A stretch of 64,000 nucleotides of DNA from Chlamydiota bacterium (GTDB taxonomy: Bacteria > Auribacterota > JACPWU01): assembly GCA_016178055.1 (NCBI GenBank), contig JACOUC010000035.1, positions 77,325 to 141,324 on the forward strand, read 5' to 3'. Each line of letters starts with the position of its first letter. Position 1 is the first letter of the stretch. The notes below the pieces were generated by a model, which ran no database searches, was not told where the DNA came from, and was given only the letters and a program-made list of their open reading frames with translations. The translations under genes and the position numbers were made by a program. Shown one piece after another: positions 48,917 through 57,350 of this stretch.

Positions 48917-49279
48917 CTACACCGCGAGTGTCGTCGTTGCAACAAATCGATGCGCAATATTATCTACCATGACCCCAAAACCTTCTAACGTACGCACTCC
49001 AAGAAGATGCATATCCCCCTTTTCAGCAAAGACAACTTCGTCAATGGTTTCAAAGCCCTCAACACGCAAAACCGCATAGCCCACTTCTCTTTCGACAAGT
49101 TGCTTGGTTGCCGTTTGAAAACTTCGTTTTCGAAGAGGTAAAACCCCTATTCCCATCAGGACCTCTGCCGGTAACCAGGTCAGCTCTGAGCCTGTATCTA
49201 CGAGCACCTCAAGAGGCAAGGTGCTCTTTTTCAAATCAGATGGATGAAGCGCAATCACATTGACTTTAAATATACTCAT
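48917..49279 (-). CDS. Retropepsin-like (clan AA) aspartic protease domain protein, second copy.
   Basis: VDTGSELTWLP D-T-G-S motif in a 120-aa protein. Confidence 0.55.
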   Translation of the reverse strand: MSIFKVNVIALHPSDLKKSTLPLEVLVDTGSELTWLPAEVLMGIGVLPLRKRSFQTATKQLVEREVGYAVLRVEGFETIDEVVFAEKGDMHLLGVRTLEGFGVMVDNIAHRFVATTTLAV

Positions 49280-49361
49280 ACACAGACCTCCCTCACCAGC
49301 ATTTTAGCATGTATCAGATTCCTGGACTCGATTTAGCAAAGAAGCAAATTGACCCCATTTT

Positions 49362-49388
49362 TTACACCACATCCGCAAAAAATAGTTC
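49362..49388. repeat. Copy 2 of the wzm 3'-end motif (TTACACCACATCCGCAAAAAATAGTTC).
   Basis: Aligns with 50005..50036. Confidence 0.55.
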
Positions 49389-49411
49389 TTTTCTTCTAAA
49401 GTAAGACATAT

Positions 49412-49651
49412 TTATCTTTGCACCTTGTCATGAAGAAACTCAGGAGCCAGATCCAAACCATTTTCCCAAACGATGGTATCCATTTCTACTTTAAACTTCT
49501 TAAACCTCTTTTCATCTTTTAACTCCTTGACGATCGACCTATGATCATGATGAACCATCTCATGCAAATCCACAATCCCCTCGATTTTATCATTAAAAAA
49601 AACCCTTATTTTAAAATTCTCTACATATTCTGCCTTGACAACCCAATACAT
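49412..49651 (-). CDS. DUF2442-like small protein.
   Basis: 79-aa protein ending in ...WENGLDLAPEFL, typical of DUF2442. Confidence 0.55.
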   Translation of the reverse strand: MYWVVKAEYVENFKIRVFFNDKIEGIVDLHEMVHHDHRSIVKELKDEKRFKKFKVEMDTIVWENGLDLAPEFLHDKVQR

Positions 49652-49786
49652 TTTTATGCCCTCCTAAACCAATTGTATTGAACATGAAAATGGGGAGGAG
49701 AATGATCATTGAAGTACATACAAATAACCATCCCAAGAAACCTGCTTATTTCTGGCATCTCATACCCTCTTCTATAATTTTATTTT

Positions 49787-49919
49787 AGGCATATGCACTT
49801 GACTTAAAGATGTCGTCCATTTGTAGTCACCCCATTTATGGGGCCATGCATGGATTGCCCGATAAATCGGGCGACTACGCTTGACGGATCAAGAATACTT
49901 GAGTCAAGTGTATATGCCT
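49787..49919. repeat. 133-bp nested palindromic element. Outer inverted repeat AGGCATATGCACTTGACTT/AAGTCAAGTGTATATGCCT, with a 56-bp core GTAGTC-[hairpin]-CATGCATGG-[hairpin]-GACTAC.
   Basis: Read directly. Inner hairpins are GCCCCATTTATGGGGC and GCCCGATAAATCGGGC. Related to the element at 62492..62774. Confidence 0.55.
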
Positions 49920-50004
49920 TTTTTATTTTAATAAAACAATCCCTGTTTTCACCAAGTTTCGCCTTTGTCCATTCATGCTATTGATCCTGAGCACTCGCCT
50001 ATCC

Positions 50005-50036
50005 TTACACCACATCCGCAAAAAAGCGCTCCGTCC
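50005..50036. repeat. Master copy of the motif TTACACCACATCCGCAAAAAAGCGCTCCGTCC, which is the last 9 codons plus stop of wzm.
   Basis: Encodes RTERFFADVV* of the Wzm permease. Confidence 0.6.
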
Positions 50037-50859
50037 TACGAAAATAAAAAAGTCCGCCCACAAAAATAATAACGGCCACAGCAACAGAAATTCCTAAAGA
50101 GCCCCAATGAATGGGTTGATGTGCGAGGAAACAGGCCCGATGGGCCTCGATTAAACCACTCATGGGATTGAGCATCAAAAGCCAGCGATATTTTTCTGGC
50201 ACCATTGAAGCGGGATAAATGACCGGCGTTGCGAAGAGCATCAACTGAATAAAAAAGGGAAGCGCATATTGAATGTCCCGATATTTCACATTAAGCGCGG
50301 AAAGCCAAAGCCCCCACCCTGTCGCAGCGATCATCGAGAAGAAAACAATCGCGGGGAGCATGAGAAAAGACACACTGGGAGGAAAGCCGTAGTAAAACAT
50401 CATGCCCAGGAGAATAACCACCGCAATGGCATAGTCCATCAATCCCGAAAGAGTGGCTGAAAGAGGGATCACAAGTCGTGGGAAATACACCTTGGTCAAG
50501 AGATTTGAACTCCCCACGAGACTCGCCCCTGAGTGAGAGAGGGCTCCTGAAAAATAAGTCCAAAGAAGAAGCCCTGAATAAGAAAAAATAGGATAAGGAA
50601 CGCCATCCGAGGGAAGGCGGGCAATTTTTCCAAAGAAAATGGTGAATACGACCATGCTAAAGAAAGGTTGGATAATCGCCCAAAGAGCCCCCAAAACCGT
50701 TTGCTTATACCTGACCTTGATATCCCGCCAGGTCAGAAAATAGAGAAGCTCCCTAAAATCCCACAAGGCCTTCCAATCAATGGGAACCCATCCCTTGGAA
50801 GAACGAATGATGATTTTGGGAATAGAAGAAACCGATGAAGCTGATATTTCCTGAGCCAT
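50005..50859 (-). CDS. wzm: ABC-2 type polysaccharide exporter permease (Wzm-like).
   Basis: About 6 predicted TM helices and ABC-2 family features in a 284-aa protein. Confidence 0.85.
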   Translation of the reverse strand: MAQEISASSVSSIPKIIIRSSKGWVPIDWKALWDFRELLYFLTWRDIKVRYKQTVLGALWAIIQPFFSMVVFTIFFGKIARLPSDGVPYPIFSYSGLLLWTYFSGALSHSGASLVGSSNLLTKVYFPRLVIPLSATLSGLMDYAIAVVILLGMMFYYGFPPSVSFLMLPAIVFFSMIAATGWGLWLSALNVKYRDIQYALPFFIQLMLFATPVIYPASMVPEKYRWLLMLNPMSGLIEAHRACFLAHQPIHWGSLGISVAVAVIIFVGGLFYFRRTERFFADVV

Positions 50860-50890
50860 TATTCTCTTTTCATCTTTTTGAATTCATGAT

Positions 50891-53296
50891 CTATTTCTTG
50901 AGCGCCTCTGCCAGAACATTCCAAACGTGGTTCAATTTGTTCAAAACTTCCTCATTAGGAAGCGGAATTTTTAAAATAGGCCGCCCGGTGTTCTGATCCT
51001 TTTCAACAAAAGATGAAAAAGAAGTTGATCCCGAAGAAGATTTTGAAATGACGTCTCTCAATTTTTCGAGCAGTGTAACACCCGCCGTCATCAGTTCATG
51101 CATGGGTTGAAGGGGCGCCTCAGCTCCCTCGGATTCTTGTTCCTCTCTTTCAAACTCTGAACCGGTGTCTTGCGTGACCTCTTTAGGCTCAAGCTTGGGG
51201 GCGACCCCAGAAGAAGACTTTGCCACAAGCTCCACCGTCTTCATAAAGCGCTTAAACCTGTCTTCTCCCATAAAGACCTCGCTTTGACCCCCATCCAAAA
51301 CCCCTTCGAAAAGGGATCTCTTAAATTTGAGAAGTTTCAGCAACTCCTCTTCAATGGTCCCTGAAGAGATAAAGTGAACCACATGAACAGGTTTCTTTTG
51401 CCCCAGCCGATGAACCCTCGCGATACGCTGCTCCAAAACAGCCGGGTTCCAGGGACAATCCAAATTGATGACCATGGAGGCACATTGTAGATTGAGCCCC
51501 ACACCCCCTGCGTCTGTGGAGAGAAACACTCTTGCCTTAGGATCGTGATGAAACCGGTGCAAGAGATCCTTGCGCTGCCGACTCGGCACCCCGCCATGCA
51601 AAGATTCAAATCCAACTCCAATCTCTTCGAGTCGTTCCGCTACCAAACGCGTCATCCTTTCCCACTGACTGAAGATCACGACCTTTTCTTCCTCTCGCTC
51701 AAATACCTCTTTTAGAAATGTCATCATCTCATCAATTTTAGGCCCTTTGCGAGTCTTCTCATCCAAAATAAACGTGTTATTACTCACCATGCGCATGGAA
51801 TTGAGGCAAATCATCAAGATCTGCCGATCCTTTTCAGACAAAAATTTAAACCGCCGCCATTTGTTGACCAAACGACAAACGGTCTCGTAATTTTCCTGAT
51901 GAATTTTCCATTGTTCTTCTGTGACCGGAACAAAAAAATGCTTCTCGATTCGGGGCGGCAACTGCTCAAGCACCTCTTTTTTGTGACGACGGATGAGAAT
52001 AGAAGAGAGGCTCGAGCCAATTTCATGCAAGGACCGGTAGCCCACCACCTTTCCATTTTCATCCAAAACTTGATGCTTCTCCAAAAATCGAAAGAGCGGC
52101 CCCAATTTAAAACGATCCACAAATTCCACAATCGAGTGAAGTTCTTCAAGACGGTTCTCCAGAGGCGTTCCCGTAAGAACAAGCGCATAAGGAGATGCGA
52201 TTCTCTTAATATTTCGAGCCGTTCTGGTTTTCCAATTTTTAATGCGCTGGGCCTCATCCAAAATCACCAAATCCGGGGAAAATTTTTGAATAACCTCTAA
52301 ATCATTTTGAACCGCATGATAGGTCGCGATCTTAAAAAATTCAGGCCCCAAATATTGCTCTCTTCTCTTAAGAAAAGATCCCTCAATGGCGCATGCGGAC
52401 CGCGTTGTAAACTTTTCTATCTCCGAGAGCCATTGATACTTTAAAGACGTTGGGCAAATGACAAGAACCTTCTCAATCCCAAATTCTTTCGCCATCAACT
52501 CGGCTGCCCCCATCGCTTGAATCGTCTTCCCTAACCCCATGTCATCCGCGATCAGGGCACGGCCTGCCTTTGCCGCAAAGAGAATGCCTTCCTTCTGATA
52601 GGGATAAAGCGAGGTCTTAAGAAGCGCATCCAAACGAGGGTCATGAACCCCTTGTGAATACCGCTCCTCTATCAAACGCCGTCTGCGACGATCCTCCCTC
52701 ATCTCAACAATAAATTGAAACGCATCAGAGTAACAGCGGAATTGCGGATCGAGTCTTAGTACCGCCTCCAGGAATTTTTCGAAGTGATCGTAGGCCTGGG
52801 GGAGAAGGACATGATTCTCATCAAAATATCCTGAGGCGAGCTTCTTCAAAGAATCGATCTGGCGAAGTCCTATCCTCAAGACAACTTTCCTTTCCATCCC
52901 ATACCTCAAAGAGATAGAAGAATAAGACGGCGTAAAACCCTGCTTAAAAATGGCAGAGGCCCCGCGCTTTCTTTTGAGCTGATGAAGCGTGTACTCAATA
53001 TGCTTACAGGTGCCCAACGTATTGATTTTAAAATCGGGGCAGGAACAATAATTAAGACCGATCTTTTCGCTTCGAATCGCGACCTTGTAAACTTTTTGAT
53101 TTTGAGGATTCGTCACCTCAAAATCAGAAAAGACAGGATGCCCATTGAGATTCTTAACCTTGAAATTCTGATCCAACGCATACTGCCGCCGCAAGGCCTT
53201 CTGCCAATCCTCATAAGAGAGATTGGCCGGCTTAAAATAATAGGGGACTCTTTCTGATGACGTGATACGAGATTTCTTAGATTTTTTAGCGATCAT
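50891..53296 (-). CDS. SNF2-family helicase with an N-terminal SWIM zinc finger.
   Basis: CSCPDF...CKH SWIM, DDMGLGKTIQ, DEAQRIKN and a helicase-C region with HRLGQKKPV. Confidence 0.85.
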   Translation of the reverse strand: MIAKKSKKSRITSSERVPYYFKPANLSYEDWQKALRRQYALDQNFKVKNLNGHPVFSDFEVTNPQNQKVYKVAIRSEKIGLNYCSCPDFKINTLGTCKHIEYTLHQLKRKRGASAIFKQGFTPSYSSISLRYGMERKVVLRIGLRQIDSLKKLASGYFDENHVLLPQAYDHFEKFLEAVLRLDPQFRCYSDAFQFIVEMREDRRRRRLIEERYSQGVHDPRLDALLKTSLYPYQKEGILFAAKAGRALIADDMGLGKTIQAMGAAELMAKEFGIEKVLVICPTSLKYQWLSEIEKFTTRSACAIEGSFLKRREQYLGPEFFKIATYHAVQNDLEVIQKFSPDLVILDEAQRIKNWKTRTARNIKRIASPYALVLTGTPLENRLEELHSIVEFVDRFKLGPLFRFLEKHQVLDENGKVVGYRSLHEIGSSLSSILIRRHKKEVLEQLPPRIEKHFFVPVTEEQWKIHQENYETVCRLVNKWRRFKFLSEKDRQILMICLNSMRMVSNNTFILDEKTRKGPKIDEMMTFLKEVFEREEEKVVIFSQWERMTRLVAERLEEIGVGFESLHGGVPSRQRKDLLHRFHHDPKARVFLSTDAGGVGLNLQCASMVINLDCPWNPAVLEQRIARVHRLGQKKPVHVVHFISSGTIEEELLKLLKFKRSLFEGVLDGGQSEVFMGEDRFKRFMKTVELVAKSSSGVAPKLEPKEVTQDTGSEFEREEQESEGAEAPLQPMHELMTAGVTLLEKLRDVISKSSSGSTSFSSFVEKDQNTGRPILKIPLPNEEVLNKLNHVWNVLAEALKK

Positions 53297-53348
53297 AAAA
53301 CACCCCTGCTATCAATAGTCAACACACCCTGAGAATATAAATTCTTAT

Positions 53349-53939
53349 TTAAACACCCAACCCCGCTTCGCAAAATGCCTTTTCAAGCAAATCATCTACC
53401 TTAAGTTTTTTTGCCCAATCTCTAAGATAAGGGACCTGAAGTTCTTTACCTTGCACCTTCATCACACCGAGAACATCCGACCACTGACGATCTGAAATTC
53501 TACCCGACATGTTATACCATTCTAGCTTATTAAGAATAACATCCTCAGCGGAGGCAAAATAGCACTCTAACCCGCCAGATTCCTGTCCCAAAACATCTTT
53601 TTCTTTTCTTCGAAAAGCCTCATAATCGTATTCACGGTCCTTTAAAATAAAAATATCTATCTTCATCATTGTTTGCAAATGTATCAGGTTAAATGAAGAC
53701 CTGTTTTGAATAGCCTCGACCATGGATTCTTCCGAAATATAGTATTGATCTGATAAGCGCTTAATTAAAGGTTGAATCTGTGCCTTGCAAATGTTAGCTA
53801 CTAGATCAATATCTAGGGTCGTACGTGGCACACCACAAACAGAACTAGCCACTGAACCCCCTATTTGATAAGAAACATCCAACGCCTCAAAAGCAGTGAT
53901 CACGTTTCGAAGCGCCAAAAGAATATCCGAATTATCCAT
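53349..53939 (-). CDS. Nucleotidyltransferase-fold protein (paralog C).
   Basis: QIGGSVASSVCGVPRTTLDIDLV matches the minimal NTase motif. Confidence 0.6.
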   Translation of the reverse strand: MDNSDILLALRNVITAFEALDVSYQIGGSVASSVCGVPRTTLDIDLVANICKAQIQPLIKRLSDQYYISEESMVEAIQNRSSFNLIHLQTMMKIDIFILKDREYDYEAFRRKEKDVLGQESGGLECYFASAEDVILNKLEWYNMSGRISDRQWSDVLGVMKVQGKELQVPYLRDWAKKLKVDDLLEKAFCEAGLGV

Positions 53940-54186
53940 GTTTGGCTATTTGCTGATATCGCTTCACACGTTCGGATAATTCGGGGCCATAATTCAACGA
54001 CAGAAAAAGAAGATTCCTTTCCTCCGATGCCATCTCGGGATTCCGTCTGGCGATCGCTCTTCTGGAAAGTTGATTTATGAAATGAGTCAAAGAACACATG
54101 ATTTCAAAACGACGAGGCCTTCCAGCCTCCCGCAAAAGCTTGATCTGCACCCTCTCTGCGTCAGGACTCGTATCGGTAAATTTCAA
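53932..54186 (-). CDS. Small hypothetical protein overlapping the NTase start by 8 nt (possible cognate partner).
   Basis: 84-aa ORF with no motif. Confidence 0.35.
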   Translation of the reverse strand: MKFTDTSPDAERVQIKLLREAGRPRRFEIMCSLTHFINQLSRRAIARRNPEMASEERNLLFLSLNYGPELSERVKRYQQIAKHG

Positions 54187-54211
54187 ATTTGTAGCCTATT
54201 TTTTAATCCTT

Positions 54212-54865
54212 TCAAAATTCTCTCCCCCCTTTCTCACTCAAAAGCACCGTTTCCCGATCGGATGAATATTCAGCTTTTCCAATGATAAGATCGACAACAG
54301 CCAAAAGCCAAAGCTGATGAATTGTTTCGACAATATTATAGGCCTTACTCCCAACCCATAAATTGATATCCCCCAACTGCCTTAAGGGATTATCAGGCTC
54401 AAATCCTGAAAGCGTTATAATTTTTCCACATTGCTTTTGACGAGCCGCTTGACAACCATTTAAAATATTCTTAGATCGTCCGCTGGAAGAAATCACAATT
54501 AAAGTATCGCCAGGTTCGCCATAAAAATAGACCGCCTTTTCCACCCAGCGTTCATAGCCGTAATCATTTGAGAAGCAAGTAATGAGTCCCGCCTCATTAA
54601 AATTGATACACCGTACACCTGCACTTTTCGTGAGATCAACGCTCAAATGCCCTGCAATTCCGGCGCTTCCGCCATTTCCCGCGACCATCACCTTCTTCCC
54701 AGCCCGCTGAGTCTCTTCCAAAACTTCTTTTATCGAAACAAGAGTATCTAAAACCTCAAACCCTGGGACCAAGGAGGCAGCGGCCATCTCAAAATATTTT
54801 TCTAAGAAGATGCGAGGTTCACCTGGAGTGAACACCCTTTCTTTTTTTTCGGACACTGGACTCAC
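54212..54865 (-). CDS. gmhA: SIS-domain sedoheptulose-7-phosphate isomerase (GmhA-like).
   Basis: VMVAGNGGSAGIAGHLSVDL and IVISSSGRSKNIL. Confidence 0.8.
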   Translation of the reverse strand: MSPVSEKKERVFTPGEPRIFLEKYFEMAAASLVPGFEVLDTLVSIKEVLEETQRAGKKVMVAGNGGSAGIAGHLSVDLTKSAGVRCINFNEAGLITCFSNDYGYERWVEKAVYFYGEPGDTLIVISSSGRSKNILNGCQAARQKQCGKIITLSGFEPDNPLRQLGDINLWVGSKAYNIVETIHQLWLLAVVDLIIGKAEYSSDRETVLLSEKGGREF

Positions 54866-55317
54866 TTCCTTCTTTTAACCTTCTTAGCAAGAACTTTTTC
54901 TGAAACGCAATAATGCTTCAAGAGAGTCTTAGTAAAATCTTCCAAATCCTTCAAATGGTTCTGAAGAATTTTTTTTAATATGTCAACATTCAACTCCTGA
55001 TATTGATGAACAGCAATATTGCGAAATCCAACCATCGCTTGAAGATGCTTCGATAAAGAAGCATCGATTATTTTACCCTCGGCAAGAAATTTAAACTGAT
55101 CTTTAAGGCTGGTTGGCATCCCGAGTTTTTCTTCCGAGACAACATGGGCCGCCAAATCCATGGCGGCTTGAATGGCCCTTTGCAAATTCAAAACGAAAGC
55201 GTCCTGAATCATCATGTCATCCAATTTAGAAGCCTTTAATCCTGTCATCTCGACAATACGCTTCAAACAACGATGAACAATGGCCGATTTTTCTAAAATG
55301 ATGTCTGCGTCAATCAT
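54862..55317 (-). CDS. HepT-like HEPN toxin (DUF86).
   Basis: RNIAVHQY R-x4-HxY motif. Confidence 0.75.
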   Translation of the reverse strand: MIDADIILEKSAIVHRCLKRIVEMTGLKASKLDDMMIQDAFVLNLQRAIQAAMDLAAHVVSEEKLGMPTSLKDQFKFLAEGKIIDASLSKHLQAMVGFRNIAVHQYQELNVDILKKILQNHLKDLEDFTKTLLKHYCVSEKVLAKKVKRRK

Positions 55318-55789
55318 AAATGCTCCATTTCACCAACGCCTTTTCAACAGGGAGGCGAACTTGTTTTAAATCAAAATACTCATTCAAAGCCCTGATGAAA
55401 AATTCCTGAGCGATCCGCGGCTTCTTGACCATTAAACACTTTCCGTATTTAATGACCTGATGCTTCAAAATGGGTGAAACCTCATCCAAATTAACCAAGT
55501 CCACATCTCGATTAAACTTTTCTGAAAGCTCCATCTTCATTTGAACGAGCTCTCTATACGATGGATCCTTTCCCCTCTCGTACAAAAGGCCCATATCAAT
55601 ATCACTCCAACGATTCTGCTGACTTTTAGCAAAAGAACCATAGAGATAGACGGCCACAAGATGCGTACGCGGACGCCTTTTGAAATAAACTGAAACCTCC
55701 TTTTCAATCTTTTCGGAATTCATCACGCCGCCGCCTCTTGCCGGGGATATCTCCAATAAAGCCCATCGGCAATTCCTTTCGAAAGCCAT
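55310..55789 (-). CDS. MntA-like nucleotidyltransferase antitoxin.
   Basis: VYLYGSFAKSQQNRWSDIDMGLL. Confidence 0.75.
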   Translation of the reverse strand: MAFERNCRWALLEISPARGGGVMNSEKIEKEVSVYFKRRPRTHLVAVYLYGSFAKSQQNRWSDIDMGLLYERGKDPSYRELVQMKMELSEKFNRDVDLVNLDEVSPILKHQVIKYGKCLMVKKPRIAQEFFIRALNEYFDLKQVRLPVEKALVKWSIYD

Positions 55790-56964
55790 TGGGCAAAAGG
55801 AAGCGCCGAGGTCATTCCGGGAGAGACCACATTCAAGAGATGAATGGAACGGCGAGTCGTTTCAACTACCAAATCATCTTGAAATTGGCCGTCCGATCGA
55901 ATGAGCTGGGCCCGAATTCCAACTCTTTTGGCTAAAGTTAAATCTTCTAATCGAAGTCCATCCACTAGTCGGCTTGCCTCTTTTAAAAAATGTTTTTTGC
56001 TGCACGAATTTTTTAATTCACTCCAAGCGACCTCCCTTAAGAGGCGATTTGTTCGAAGGGCCTTCCAAAGTCCGCGATGAAAAATCATTTGAGAAAAATC
56101 TTTCAAATTAAAACTCCATTTACTGTAGGCCTCTCTTCCAAAGGCTGGAACGGCATTGGGCCCAATGAGAATCGAACCTGCAATAGTTTTAGTGAGATGA
56201 ACTCCCAAAAAAGGAAATTCAGGATTGGGAACGGGATAAATCATGGAATTGATAATGGAGACGCTTTTTCCTCCCACTACAAAGTACTCCCCTCGAAAAG
56301 GATTAATCATATATTCCCGACCCACCTTCATTAAGTGGGCCAAGCGATCGGCATGAAGGCCCGCACAATTAATCAACAATTGAGCCTGATACGTCCATCG
56401 ATTTGTTGAAACCTTAACCTCGTCTTTTCTTTCCTTAATGTGCATCACTTCTTCCCCAAATCCAAAACCAACCCCCAACCGCTCGGCATCGTCACGCAAG
56501 GCTTGGGCAAATTTTACTGAATCGACAATGGCGCCCGTAGGGGAAAAAAGGGCCGCAAGACCCTTGACATTGGGCTCACGACGACGTACTTCTTCGATGG
56601 AGAGGATTTCAATTCCAGGAACCCCATTTTTATCTCCCTTCGCCTTTAATTGATGAAGACTAGGGAGCTCCTCCTCGCGGGTTGCAACCACATAAGTTCC
56701 CACCTCTTCACAAGGAATCTGTCTTTCCTTGCAATAAGCCCGAGTCTGACGATTTCCATCCACACAAAGCTGGGCCTTTAATGTACCGGGCTTTTGATTA
56801 AATCCAGAATGAATGACACCGCTATTGCGCCCGCTGGTATGAAAGGCAACGCCATTTTCTTTTTCCAAGACGAGCACGCGATCAAAACGCCGCCCTAATT
56901 CTTTTGCGAGAGAACACCCCACAATCCCTCCCCCCACAATAAGAATGTCATAGAGACGGTTCAC
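55723..56964 (-). CDS. FAD-dependent L-2-hydroxyglutarate oxidase/dehydrogenase-like (LhgO family).
   Basis: YDILIVGGGIVGCSLA dinucleotide motif and overall LhgO-like length and architecture. Confidence 0.75.
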   Translation of the reverse strand: MNRLYDILIVGGGIVGCSLAKELGRRFDRVLVLEKENGVAFHTSGRNSGVIHSGFNQKPGTLKAQLCVDGNRQTRAYCKERQIPCEEVGTYVVATREEELPSLHQLKAKGDKNGVPGIEILSIEEVRRREPNVKGLAALFSPTGAIVDSVKFAQALRDDAERLGVGFGFGEEVMHIKERKDEVKVSTNRWTYQAQLLINCAGLHADRLAHLMKVGREYMINPFRGEYFVVGGKSVSIINSMIYPVPNPEFPFLGVHLTKTIAGSILIGPNAVPAFGREAYSKWSFNLKDFSQMIFHRGLWKALRTNRLLREVAWSELKNSCSKKHFLKEASRLVDGLRLEDLTLAKRVGIRAQLIRSDGQFQDDLVVETTRRSIHLLNVVSPGMTSALPFAQWLSKGIADGLYWRYPRQEAAA

Positions 56965-57350
56965 AAACGACTCTCTAAAAGATTCAGTAATCTTTTCATC
57001 AAAGGGGCATAAATTTTAACATCTTTATAAATCTCTTCTGCTATATTTTCATCGTAAGTATGTGAAGTTTTATTTCTACTATCTGTCATCTTCAATAAGA
57101 GTTCTGTGTCTTCAGCCGTGGTAAGCCCCGCTGAAAAAACTTCTCTGAAACATGATTTAGGCGAGTTAGTCTCACTCCCTTCTTTCTCTCTGAGATAAGA
57201 CCGCATCAATTTCCAAAACACTTCGAAGGTATACTCAAATCTCTGAATGGTTGCGTCTCTCACAATGACGGAGTAGCGCTCTTTGAGAATCGCTTCTAAA
57301 GTCTTGAACGCTTTTTTAGCACTCTGATACTTTAAATCTAATTCTTCCAT
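56961..57350 (-). CDS. HEPN nucleotidyltransferase substrate-binding protein (HI0074-like).
   Basis: RNKTSHTYDE R-x4-H motif. Confidence 0.7.
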   Translation of the reverse strand: MEELDLKYQSAKKAFKTLEAILKERYSVIVRDATIQRFEYTFEVFWKLMRSYLREKEGSETNSPKSCFREVFSAGLTTAEDTELLLKMTDSRNKTSHTYDENIAEEIYKDVKIYAPLMKRLLNLLESRL

